Source: Bryobacterales bacterium
Lineage (GTDB): Bacteria > Acidobacteriota > Terriglobia > Bryobacterales > UBA6623
Assembly: GCA_963422375.2 (NCBI GenBank)
Contig: OY729427.2
Coordinates: forward strand, 1,536,001-1,600,000
Direction of reading: 5' to 3'
DNA length: 64,000 bases
Part shown: positions 11,607 to 21,371 of the stretch, piece by piece
Numbering within the stretch: the stretch's first letter is position 1
Layout of the letters: the number at the start of each line of letters is the position of its first letter
Program-made: the position numbers and the translations under genes
The notes under the pieces: generated by a model
Database searches by the model: none
The model's input: the letters and a program-made list of their open reading frames with translations, nothing else
Told to the model about the DNA's origin: nothing

Positions 11607-12033
11607 TCACGCGCTCAGTTTCAGGTTGATCGAGAGCTTGAGAGTCGTGCCTTGGAGATCGAGCCGAAGACTTGCGTCCTTGCCGGGAAGTTGAATCTCG
11701 GCCGGACCTTGGTCGAGTTCTCGTAGGTCAAGTCTTATCTGCCTAGGCCGGAGAAGGGAGTCCTGTCGCGCCTGCCCGTATGCGCTAGGACCGAGACTGC
11801 GCCCTTTGTACTCAATCTGAAGTCCCCTACTCCTGCAGCACTGTCTGCACTCGGTCCGGGTGCGGGATTGCCCGCCCACTCAGATACGAGCTTGCCGCCT
11901 GTCTTGAAACCCCAGACCACTTGGCGACCTCACTCGATCGAGTCATACCACTCGCACGTAACCGGCGCGCCACTTCGTCGGAGACCCGCTTCACGGAATC
12001 GCGGTACTCCTGGCTGGTCCGAGGCCGAGGCAC
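11607..12033 (-). pseudogene. XRE-family HTH regulator, frameshifted
   Basis: EVAKWSGVSRQAASSYLSGRAIP helix-turn-helix; stop at 11827 with continuation in another frame (GLQIEYKG...). Confidence 0.6.
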
Positions 12034-12060
12034 GGGCGGAGCGACTTGGCCAGCCGCGCT

Positions 12061-12083
12061 GTTGTCAGCTCTTGCCTGACAAC
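12061..12083. promoter_or_regulatory. Inverted repeat, candidate operator between the HTH and NUDIX genes
   Basis: GTTGTCAG-N7-CTGACAAC, perfect 8-bp arms. Confidence 0.55.
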
Positions 12084-12113
12084 GATGTATGGCAACATAT
12101 TGCAAACGCCGCC

Positions 12114-12727
12114 ATGCGAGGGAGACCGGAGCAGATCCTAGACGTCGTGGACGACCAAGATCGTGTCATAGGCACGGTCCGTCGAACCGAGGCCCTGCCC
12201 AGAAGTGCCAACTTCCCTGTAGCGCATCTCTTCCTCTTCAACGCCCAGTCCGACCTACTGCTCCAGCGCCTCGCGTCGTCGCGACCGCGGCATCCGGGAT
12301 GCTGGGGGGCCTCAGTCGCCGCTTACGTGAACTCAGGCGATCAGGCGAGACATACGCCGAGGCGATCAGAAGACGGACCCGGGAGGAACTCGGGATTGCC
12401 TTGGACGGCTTCACCGTGCTCGGCAAGTCATCGATGGTCGACGAAAGAAGCAAGAAGTTTGTTACGGTATTTTCAGGAGTGTGGACTGGCCCGTTTCACC
12501 TGGACTCGAGTCACATCTCCGAGGCTAGCTTTCTGTCCCTGGCAGATATTTTTCGAATTCGTAACTCAGAGGCTTGGACGTTCACTCCAGCTTTTGTAAA
12601 GCTAGTAGATCTATTCTTCCAAAGAGTTGATGATCATGAATCCCTTTTCGACAAAGCAAGGAGAATCTCTCATGGACATCAAGAACAATCACGACCACAT
12701 GTTGACTTTCTACAAGATTGCAGTTAA
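12114..12727 (+). pseudogene. NUDIX hydrolase (Idi-like), frameshifted by an 8-bp duplication
   Basis: LDVVDDQDRVIG...HLFLFN...LLLQR...HPGCW, then GETYAEAIRRRTREELG in another frame; tcaggcga x2 at 12333-12348. Confidence 0.8.
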
Positions 12728-12747
12728 CGAACACGGATTCATTGTTA

Positions 12748-15012
12748 AGTTATGGGAATTATATATCTGAGTGCCGACGACGCCATATCCGGCTAGAACT
12801 GCTCTGATTGGGGAAGTCGCCGTCTAGCTCGGGTCATTGGTGTGCGGCCGAGGTGGGCACCGAAAGGTCGGTTCGTATCTGAATCGCGCCGGCAAGCGGA
12901 TTTCGCGGCGCAGGGACTAGAGAGGCCGCCTCGGGCGCCCCGGTGGAACCCGGATTGCCGTGGAGAGGCTCCCCTTCCAAGGCGGTTGCATCTATGAATT
13001 GTCCGGGCTGGACACCGGTCGCGGCGCGGGATTCCGGATCCGGAGCGCCCTTCGCACCGAGCGTGAAGAGAGGCCGCAGCGGACCGGCCACGCCGTGCTC
13101 GGGCCGCGACCGCGGCCTTGCCGACCAGCTGCCGGTAGGTCAGCGTCCGGCCGACCAAGCCCCGCGCCATGCGCCGCATCCGTTCCGCCGTGTCGCAGTT
13201 GCGGGCGTTGCGCCGTCCCGCGAACTCCGTGAGGTAGCGGCCCGAATGACGGACGCTCATCCGGTGATAGGTTCCCTAGAGGCCGCGCTTGAACAGGGAC
13301 CGGAATGACTCGATGCCGTTCGTATGCGCCGCCCCGCGCACGTACTCGCCGCCGGGCCAGCGGTTCTAAGTTTGGCCGTCAAGGGGGTGCGTGAACGTTG
13401 TTTCGGAGGATGAGGTGAATAAGTTGACCGAGAGGTTGCGCTCCCGAGGCCGCCCCGCGGGAGCGTCGGACGGCGGGCAGGGCCGTGGTGCGGCCCGCGT
13501 CGCGGGTCCGCCGAGTGCCGAGCCCGCGGCCGGACGCACTCCGGCGGTAGCCGGCTTTGACGGCCGGCCGCTGGCCGGACGCTGCCGGCACGAAACTGCG
13601 CGGAGTCCAGGCCCCGGCTGCCTGGCAGCCCGGAGGCGCGCGTCCGGCGCGCACCGCCGCCAGCAGCGTCGGCCGGTCCGGGAAGCGGAACCAGCGCAGC
13701 GCGACCTGCAGCTCCCGGAACAGGGCGCGGCGCGTGACCAGCTGGCGCCGGCACTGCTGCCACAGCGCGCAGACGCACTGCAGCACGGCGTGGAGCGCGA
13801 AGGCGAACGGGTTCGGCACGGCCGGCACGTTGGCCGGCCCATCCTTGCCGTGCCCGAAGTTGCGCTTGCAGTTGCGGCCGTGCCGCGCCAGGCAGTTGAA
13901 GCCCTCGTTCTCGATCTTCCAGCGCGCCCGGCCGGCCCGCGCGATCCGCTCCGCGTTGTCCGCGGTGACCGCGAGACCGGTGGAGAAGCCGCTGGCGCAG
14001 GTGCGCTTGCCGTCGCGCTCCACGGCGTACTCGAGCCAAGTGCCCCGCAGGGCGTCGCGGCCCTGGCGCAGGGGCGCCGCGGCCGTCCGGCGGAAACGGT
14101 GCCGCTCGGACCGCTTGCCCTTCCCGCGCCGCGGCAGCCAGCCGGTCGAGCGCACCGCGCCGCTCGCCCGCCGGCTCTCCGGCACCTCGTGCAAGTGCTT
14201 GCGGGATCGGGGCTTGCATACCCGGATGCAGTCCATGCCGGCCGCCGCGGCGGCCTCGCAGGACGGCTGGCAGCAGTACAGGTCGTCCCCCGGCAGGACG
14301 GGGCGGCAGGCCTGCAGCCAGGCGCCGTGAGCGGCGAGCCAGCGCTTGGCGGCGTTGCGCTCGCAGTCCCGCTTGCGCTCGTCCTCGCTCATGTCGGCGC
14401 GGGTCGCGGCCGCGTCCTGCTGCGGGCGCACGAACTCGGGCATCAGCGGCAGGACCATGGCGTGGCCGACGGCCATGGTGCGGAAGTGATGCGGCCGGCG
14501 CTCGCTGCCGACGCGCCGCACCGAGCACTGCGGGCAATGCACCCTGTCGGAGCGGTGGAACCGGACGCCGTCCGGAGCCGCCGGCAGGCGCTCGTCGAGG
14601 CGCTGGAAGGGCGCGAGCGCGCCCTGCGCGGCCACGGTTGCGAGGCACGGCCGGAACAGCGGGTCGCACGCGGCCGGGTCGAGGTCGTCGAGCAAGTTGC
14701 GGATCCGGTTGTCGCAGGGGATGCGGCCCGCGCCGAACAGGGTCCGGCAGTTGGAGCGCGAGCCGTCCCGCTCCATGCGCCGCTGGAACGCGAGGAACGA
14801 CTCGCACTGGGTGAAGAAGCAGGCCGGGGCGCAACCGGCGGCGTCGCTGACCTCGTAGCGCTTGTTGCGCTCCTTGCCGCCGACGTAGGTCTCGTCCACT
14901 TCCACCGGGCCGACGAACAGGTCCCGGTCCCGCTCCCAGCACGCGCGGATGCGGTGCGCCAAGTGCCAAGCCGATTTGCTTGCGGACCCGGTTGCGGGCA
15001 TAATTCCAATAA
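12748..15012 (-). mobile_element. Decayed IS1595-family element with a nested ISNCY
   Basis: AWHLAHRIR...GPVEVDETYVGGKERNK (about 14860-14975) and GEYVRG..HTNGIESF..KRG*GTYH..RYLTEFAGR (about 13120-13350). Imperfect inverted ends: gttatgggaattat and ataattccaataac. Confidence 0.75.
13358..14870 (-). mobile_element. ISNCY-family transposase remnant, 5'-truncated
   Basis: FFTQCESFLAFQRRM, IPCDNRIRNLLD, DCERNAAKRWL, GDDLY, GRARWKIENEGFN, NFGHG; candidate end cagcggttctaag at 13358. Confidence 0.8.
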
Positions 15013-15445
15013 CGAGTCCCCCTACAGCCTGAGGCTCCCCGAAGCCGTGGGCAGCGGCCTGCATCTCAGAATCCGGTGGAGGCCGCTGCTATCGGATTCT
15101 CCAAGAGCGAGGCTGACCTGTAGATGCGAGCGACGACGCTGCTTGGCTCGTAATCGAATTCTGTGGAACACCCTCGGATCACGCCCGTGCCAAGCCCAAA
15201 GACGCCGTTGGCAGCGACCGTCAGGAAGGCCGAGAAAGGTCGGTGTTGCAATCATGCGTGCGCCCCAGGCCGGGACGGCTTATCAGGGCGCACCAGTAGA
15301 GGGCATGCCGAGGCAGGAGCCGGGGACGAGTCGCCGGACCCTGCGGCAGGCTCCCCGCCTGCCACCACTCGCGCCGTTCCGCCTTGGCCGCCATCCAGTA
15401 GGCCCTCGCGCCAGGACGGCGCCACGTCTCGAGGGTGGCCCGACC

Positions 15446-16813
15446 CTAGAGCGGGAGAACGAGTGCCGCGACCTGCGTCGAGACGTAGCCGATCACGCCC
15501 ATCACCGCGAGCAGCGGCGTCCAAGTCTGCAAGGCCTCCTTCTCGGTCAGCCCGGACATCTGCTTGTAGACCCAGAAACCGGAATCGTTCATCCACGAGC
15601 CCACCAAGGAGCCCGAGCCGATCGCGCACGCCACGTAGACCGGATTGAATCCCGGCGGTGTGTCGATAATCAAGGGAGCCATAATTGCCGAGACCGTGAT
15701 CATTGCCACAGTCCCGGAGCCCTGCGCGACCTTGAGCAGCGTCCCTAGCAGGAAGCTCAGCAGCAGGATCGGCACGCCGAACTCCTGGGACATCTCGCCG
15801 ATCATTTTGCCGACGTCGGCTTGTACGAGCATCTTCCCGAACGACCCGCCGCCCGCCGTAATCAGAATGATCAGGCCGCCGCTGGCGAGCGCCGTCTCGA
15901 CCGGCTTGGCGAGCTGCGCGAGCGTGTAGCCCTTCTGGCGGGCAACCAGAATCAGCGAAATCGCCGCCGACGCTAGCAGGGCGAAGTTCGGATTGCCGAG
16001 GAATCCCGTGATTCCCCGCACCGTCTCGCCCGCCTCCAAGGCCCCCGAAAGGGTGTTGGAGGCGATCAGCACCACGGGCAGCGCGATCGGCAGCATGGAC
16101 ATGAAGAAGCTCGGCAGGCGCTCCTCGCCGTGCCGGGCGAGATCCTCGAGTTCCTCCAAGCTGAGGCCGGGGGTCTCCCGCAAGGGAACGTCCAGCTGCC
16201 GGTCGCGGAGGATGCCGAACAGCCAGCCCCCGATGGACATCGGCACGGCGATAACCGCGCCCACGATGATCATCACGCCCAAGTCGATGTCGAGCGTCGC
16301 CGCCATGGCCAGCGGGCCCGGCGTGGGCGGCACCATGGAATGCGTCACCGCGCCTCCGGCCGAGATCGCCATCAGGAAGAGCAGGTAGTGCCTGCCCATG
16401 CGGACGCGCATGGCCCGGGCCAGCGGAACCAGCAGGTAGAAGACGGTATCGAAAAACACCGGAACCGAGAGGACGTACCCGCTGCTGAGCAGCGAGAGCG
16501 ACGCATGCTTCTCGCCCAGCGCGCGCACGAACACGCGCACGATCTTGTCGGCGGCCCCGCTCTCCATCAGGCATTGCCCGATCAGGGCGGCCAGCGCGAT
16601 GACGATCGCGATGCTGCCGCAGACGCCGCCGAACTCGCGGGCGACGGACGGCATGACTTCGCCCAGCGGGACGTTCGGGGAGAGGATCCCGACGGTCGCT
16701 GCCGCCGTGATCAGCGCGATGAAGGCGTTGATCCTCAGCCGCAGGATCAGGAAGAAAACCACCGCGACGGCGATCACGAGAATGGCAAGGGGGTGCAACT
16801 GCATTGCGGCCAC
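15446..16813 (-). CDS. GntP family permease
   Basis: ESGAADKIV, VPVFFD, VPPTPGP, AQGSGTVA, NDSGFW; multiple transmembrane segments. Confidence 0.92.
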   Translation of the reverse strand: MAAMQLHPLAILVIAVAVVFFLILRLRINAFIALITAAATVGILSPNVPLGEVMPSVAREFGGVCGSIAIVIALAALIGQCLMESGAADKIVRVFVRALGEKHASLSLLSSGYVLSVPVFFDTVFYLLVPLARAMRVRMGRHYLLFLMAISAGGAVTHSMVPPTPGPLAMAATLDIDLGVMIIVGAVIAVPMSIGGWLFGILRDRQLDVPLRETPGLSLEELEDLARHGEERLPSFFMSMLPIALPVVLIASNTLSGALEAGETVRGITGFLGNPNFALLASAAISLILVARQKGYTLAQLAKPVETALASGGLIILITAGGGSFGKMLVQADVGKMIGEMSQEFGVPILLLSFLLGTLLKVAQGSGTVAMITVSAIMAPLIIDTPPGFNPVYVACAIGSGSLVGSWMNDSGFWVYKQMSGLTEKEALQTWTPLLAVMGVIGYVSTQVAALVLPL

Positions 16814-16851
16814 CGAGAGTAGCAGAACCCGCCCGGAGGGCGAGGGCCGCC

Positions 16852-17346
16852 TCAGTCGAGGCGGGCCGCGCGGATCTTCTTCGCCTGCGCGGCGCGAAAC
16901 GCCTTCAACGCGTCCCGGAGAGCCTCGTCAGCCGTCCCAAGAATCGCGATTGCGAGCAGCGCCGAGTTCTTGGCGCCGGCCTTGCCGATAGCCAATGTGC
17001 CGACCGGAATCCCGCCCGGCATCTGGACTGTCGACAGGAGCGAGTCCACGCCGTCTAGAACGCTCGGCATCGGCACGCCCAGCACCGGAAGGACGGTATG
17101 GGCGGCGCACACCCCGGCGAGGTGGGCAGCCCCGCCGGCTGCCGCAATGATCACGCGGATCCCGCGCCCCTCGGCGCACGATATGTACTCGGAAGCTAGG
17201 TCGGGGGTGCGGTGGGCGGACATGACCCGGCACTCGTGCGGGATGCCGAATTGCTCGAGCGTCTCGGCGCACGCTTTCATCGTGCTCCAGTCGCTGGTGC
17301 TGCCCATCACCACGGCAACTAATGGTTTCGAAGCTGTTTCTGACAT
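16852..17346 (-). CDS. purE: N5-carboxyaminoimidazole ribonucleotide mutase
   Basis: MGSTSD, SAHRTP, AGGAAHLAG, VQMPGGIPVGT; SD aaagga before the ATG. Confidence 0.96.
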   Translation of the reverse strand: MSETASKPLVAVVMGSTSDWSTMKACAETLEQFGIPHECRVMSAHRTPDLASEYISCAEGRGIRVIIAAAGGAAHLAGVCAAHTVLPVLGVPMPSVLDGVDSLLSTVQMPGGIPVGTLAIGKAGAKNSALLAIAILGTADEALRDALKAFRAAQAKKIRAARLD

Positions 17347-17368
17347 CGTTTCCTTTGAGCCTGCTTGC

Positions 17369-17394
17369 GGATACCACAATGTGTTGTGGTATCC
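17369..17394. promoter_or_regulatory. Palindrome overlapping the purE promoter
   Basis: ggataccacaa-tgtg-ttgtggtatcc (11-bp arms), overlapping a minus-strand TGCTAGGAT extended -10. Confidence 0.6.
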
Positions 17395-17463
17395 TAGCAC
17401 CCAGTGCAGCATGCGGCAGCGGCGGGTTCCGACCCGACCGTTGCAAGTGAGTAGGTAGTATTC

Positions 17464-19830
17464 GTGTTCCCTTCCCGTGACGATCAGATCTGCCAGTCCA
17501 CAGGCGCCCCCCGCCTCAGCTTGGCCAGAATCGCGGAGGCGCGGAGCGCCGCATTGCGCGGCGCGGTCGCGCTATCCGTCCTAGCGAGCCTGCTGGGCAC
17601 CTCGTGCTCGCGCAACGCCCGGAGCCCCTTGCAGCCGCTTTCGAGTGCCCCGGTCGCCGCTCTGGAGCGGCACCCGCCAGCGCCCCAAGACGTCGAGGGC
17701 TCACTCGACGACTCCACGGCTCTCGCAGCGGCCGAGGACGACACAAGCCTCGCCGCGCTGGAGGAGAGCAGACTGGAAGCGCCTTTTGGAATCGATTCCC
17801 CTTTCGACCCCGAAGAGCCCGCCATTAGCGAGGACGAGGTCGCTCTGCTGGACGAGTTGATGGCCCTCAGCTTGCCCGAGGCGCCCCGCAAGCTCTCCCA
17901 CGAGGAGGCGCTGCTGCACACGCGGTCGGAACTGCCGCTCGTCATGAACGAGCACGTGCAGCGCCTGATCAACTACTTCACCAAGACCAGTCGAGGCAAG
18001 GCGACGATCCGCGTGTCTCTCGGACGGGGCGCCGCCTACCGGGCCATGATCGAGCGGATCCTCGCCGAAGAGGGCGTGCCGGCGGAAATCTACTATCTCG
18101 CCATGGCGGAATCCGGCTTCCGGCCGAACGCTCGCTCCCACGCCCACGCGACCGGCATGTGGCAGTTCATCTCAAGCCGCGGCAAGCAGTACGGGCTGCG
18201 GCGGGACAGGTACCTCGACCTGCGCCTTGACGCCGAGGCATCGACGCGCGCCGCGGCGAGGCACTTGAAGGACCTGCACATCGAGTTCAACGACTGGTAC
18301 CTTGCCATGGCCGCGTACAACACCGGCCCGAACAACGTCAAGAAGGCGATCCGCCGGACCGGTAGCCGCGATTACTGGACCATGGTCAAGCGCCGGGCCT
18401 TGCACCGGGAGACCCGGAACTACCTGCCGATCATCCTAGCCATGACCTACGTCGGCCAGAACTTGGATCTGTTCGACATCGGCGAGATCGACTCCGCCCC
18501 GGAACTGAGCTACGACACCGTGCTCACGGAAGGGGAGGTCAGCTTCGAGCTGATCGCTGACGCGACCGGGTCCTCGGTCGACGCCATCCGCGACATGAAC
18601 CAAGCACTGTTCCGCTCGGCCACGCCTCCCTACGCCTACGAATTGAGGATCCCGGCGGGCACGGCTTCCCAGTACCAGCGGGAGGTCGCGCTGGTCCCTC
18701 CCGACAAGCGCAAGCAGTGGCGCCGCTACGAAGTCCGGCAGGGCGAGACGCTCGAGGCGGTGGCGCACCGCTACAAGGTCAAGCCGGCGGAGCTGGCCGC
18801 GCTGAACTCCCTTCCCGGAGGCGCGCAGCTCGCGGGCGGGACGCGGCTGACGGTTCCGGCCAAGACGCGCACGACGATCTATAGGTACTACGGCAGCGGC
18901 GGGCGCGCGGGCGGGCTGGTCGACCCCGGCACGGGACGCTACCGCATTACTAACGGGGACACGCTCGGCGGGATCGCGAGGAGGTTCGGCACGTCGGTCA
19001 CCCAGCTGATGACCTGGAACGGCCTGCCCTCCACGCGCATCCGGGCCGGCCGCTACCTTATCGTAAAGCAGCCGGGCACGGGCGGAGCAGTCGAAACGGC
19101 CAGCGCCGGACCGGCTCCCGCCGGGCGCTACACCGTGCGCCGGGGCGACTCGCTCTCGACCATCGGCACCCGCGTAGGCGCGACCGTGGCTCAGCTGCAG
19201 GGGTGGAACGGCATCCGCGGCACCACCATTCACGTCGGACAGAGGCTCAGGGTGCCCGGTCGGGCGCCCTCGTCCACCCCGGCTGCCGCGCGGGCGTCGG
19301 CCGCCGCGCCCAGCGCCAACCACTACCGTATCCGCAGAGGCGACAACCTGTCCCTGATAGCGGCCCGCTTCGGCGTGTCGGTCAGTGACCTGCGCGCTTG
19401 GAACGGCATCCGCGGCACGCGCATCACGGCCGGCGAATACCTGCGCGTGAGACCCGCGCCGGAGCCTGCAGCCGGTTCCGCGCGCACCCGACCTCTGGCA
19501 TCCGCCAGAGGCGGCAGCTCGGCCTACTACACGGTCCGCAGGGGAGACACGCTCGGGGCCATTGCCTCGCGATATGGTGTCACGGACGCCCAGCTGCGCC
19601 TGTGGAACGGCACCCGCGGAAACCTGATCTTTCCAGGAGACCGGCTGGCCGTAAACGGTCCGGCTGCCGCCGGCACGGCCCAGAGCTACCGGATCCGCTC
19701 CGGCGACACGCTCGCGGTCATCGCCAAGCGGTTCAACGTGAGCGTGAACGACCTCAAGCGCTGGAACCAGCTGACCTCATCGAGGATTAGGGCGGGCAAC
19801 ACGCTGAGAATCCACCCCTCGGGCTCCTAG
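17464..19830 (+). CDS. MltD-like lytic transglycosylase with six LysM domains
   Basis: LAMAESGF, ATGMWQF, AAYNTG, ETRNY (SLT domain), plus six YxVRxGD(T/S)L-type repeats. Start codon uncertain. Confidence 0.9.
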   Translation: MFPSRDDQICQSTGAPRLSLARIAEARSAALRGAVALSVLASLLGTSCSRNARSPLQPLSSAPVAALERHPPAPQDVEGSLDDSTALAAAEDDTSLAALEESRLEAPFGIDSPFDPEEPAISEDEVALLDELMALSLPEAPRKLSHEEALLHTRSELPLVMNEHVQRLINYFTKTSRGKATIRVSLGRGAAYRAMIERILAEEGVPAEIYYLAMAESGFRPNARSHAHATGMWQFISSRGKQYGLRRDRYLDLRLDAEASTRAAARHLKDLHIEFNDWYLAMAAYNTGPNNVKKAIRRTGSRDYWTMVKRRALHRETRNYLPIILAMTYVGQNLDLFDIGEIDSAPELSYDTVLTEGEVSFELIADATGSSVDAIRDMNQALFRSATPPYAYELRIPAGTASQYQREVALVPPDKRKQWRRYEVRQGETLEAVAHRYKVKPAELAALNSLPGGAQLAGGTRLTVPAKTRTTIYRYYGSGGRAGGLVDPGTGRYRITNGDTLGGIARRFGTSVTQLMTWNGLPSTRIRAGRYLIVKQPGTGGAVETASAGPAPAGRYTVRRGDSLSTIGTRVGATVAQLQGWNGIRGTTIHVGQRLRVPGRAPSSTPAAARASAAAPSANHYRIRRGDNLSLIAARFGVSVSDLRAWNGIRGTRITAGEYLRVRPAPEPAAGSARTRPLASARGGSSAYYTVRRGDTLGAIASRYGVTDAQLRLWNGTRGNLIFPGDRLAVNGPAAAGTAQSYRIRSGDTLAVIAKRFNVSVNDLKRWNQLTSSRIRAGNTLRIHPSGS

Positions 19831-19911
19831 CCTCGAGCTGCAACAGCCGGGCTACCGCTGGACCGGCTTCGGCCGTGCCCCAGTCGACGTTCGGATTCCG
19901 AGACCCCGGGG

Positions 19912-21336
19912 CTACCCCGCGAAGCAGTAGAGCGCCGCTTGCGTGCGAATGAACAGGCGTCCGTCCGCGACCACCGGAGTGGCGTACACGCCCTCGCCCA
20001 TCGCGTTCGTCCGGATGACCTCCCAAGCCGGGCCGGGCCGGACGACGGACACCTGGCCCGTCTCGTCCGCGGCGAACACCTTGCCGTCCGCGGCCACGGG
20101 CGACGCGAAGTAGCGCCCCATGGCCTCGCGAAGGCGCCCCTGCTTGAGCACGCTGCCGTCGGCGGCACTCAGGGCGGTCATGACGCCGCCGTCCTTGGTG
20201 AGGTAGAGCACGCCGTCGTACAGCAGGGGGGAGGGGACGTTGGGCAGGCTCTTGTAGTGAATCCACTCCACCGCGCCCTCGGTCATGTCGCCCCTGCCCC
20301 CCAAGCGGATCTTCCTCACGGCGTTCACCGCGCGCCGCTTGCGCCGGTGGTGCTCCCAGTCGCGCTCTTCCATGAAGCCCGTATTGTCCAAGTCGAAGCT
20401 GCCGAGGCCGCCGCGCACCTTGCGTCCGAACAGCTCGCTCACCTCTGCGGCCGAGAGCCTCCCGTCGGCGTTCGCGTCCAGTTCCCCGAGCACCGATTCG
20501 AAGGCAGGCACCGCTTCCTGCTGCCCTAGGTCCGCGCTGCCCGCCCAGCCGAGCACGTAGGCGTAGCCCTCGCCGTCCAGCACGGGCGTGGGCTTCATCT
20601 GCCACGTCAGCCCCTCCACCCACCAGACTTTCTCCCCGGTAGCGACGTCGTACGCGGCAAGCTCGTAGGATCCCGGCACGAGCAGCTGGATGCCGCCGTC
20701 ATCCGGCCGGTACAGCACCGGCGTCGAGAAGCCGCGCAGGGAATACGGGCGCTCGTTGCGCCACGCGATTTCGCCGGTCCGGGCATCCACGGCCACCATG
20801 AACGAGTCGGTTTCGGAGTCGCAGACCTGGATCACCCTGCCGTCGACGTAGACCGGCGACGCGCCCATCCCCATGGGATTGTTGAACGGCCCCAAGGGAA
20901 CCTGCCACAGGGAGTTGCCGTCCGGGCCGTAGGCCGCAAGGCCGAAGTCCTGGAAGAATACAAAGGCGTTCTCGCCGTCGGTGGCGGCGCTGGGCGAGGC
21001 TGGGTCGTTCGGCTTGCGAAGCTTCCCGGCCCGCTCGCGGGCGATTTCCCGCCGCCACATGATGCGGCCGGCGGCGCGGTCGAGGGCAAGCGTGATCAGC
21101 TTGTCGTCCTCGAAACCGGTCAGGAAAATGCTGTCGCGCGCGAACACGGGCGAGGACAGGCCCGGGGGAAGGGACGTCTTCCATACCAGATTCCGTTCGG
21201 GCCCGAACTCGGCGGGAATGCCGGCCTCGGACGACACGCCGGCGCCGTTGGGGCCGCGAAACCGGTCCCACGCGAGCTCGGACGCAAAGGTCGCGACGCA
21301 GAATCCCAGTAAGAGGGGCGCAGTCCAGCGGGCCAT
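19912..21336 (-). CDS. PQQ-binding-like beta-propeller protein with an EF-hand insert
   Basis: WDRFRGPNGAG, repeated SSPV/ASPV blades, DANADGRLSAAE. Confidence 0.88.
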   Translation of the reverse strand: MARWTAPLLLGFCVATFASELAWDRFRGPNGAGVSSEAGIPAEFGPERNLVWKTSLPPGLSSPVFARDSIFLTGFEDDKLITLALDRAAGRIMWRREIARERAGKLRKPNDPASPSAATDGENAFVFFQDFGLAAYGPDGNSLWQVPLGPFNNPMGMGASPVYVDGRVIQVCDSETDSFMVAVDARTGEIAWRNERPYSLRGFSTPVLYRPDDGGIQLLVPGSYELAAYDVATGEKVWWVEGLTWQMKPTPVLDGEGYAYVLGWAGSADLGQQEAVPAFESVLGELDANADGRLSAAEVSELFGRKVRGGLGSFDLDNTGFMEERDWEHHRRKRRAVNAVRKIRLGGRGDMTEGAVEWIHYKSLPNVPSPLLYDGVLYLTKDGGVMTALSAADGSVLKQGRLREAMGRYFASPVAADGKVFAADETGQVSVVRPGPAWEVIRTNAMGEGVYATPVVADGRLFIRTQAALYCFAG

Positions 21337-21371
21337 ACGGCGCAATATATCACGCGCCCGCCGCGCGGACG

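Noticed and set aside
18720..19820. Repeated nucleotide blocks that might suggest an array
   Set aside because: They are explained by the LysM domain repeats; I saw no CRISPR repeat-spacer structure anywhere in the window.
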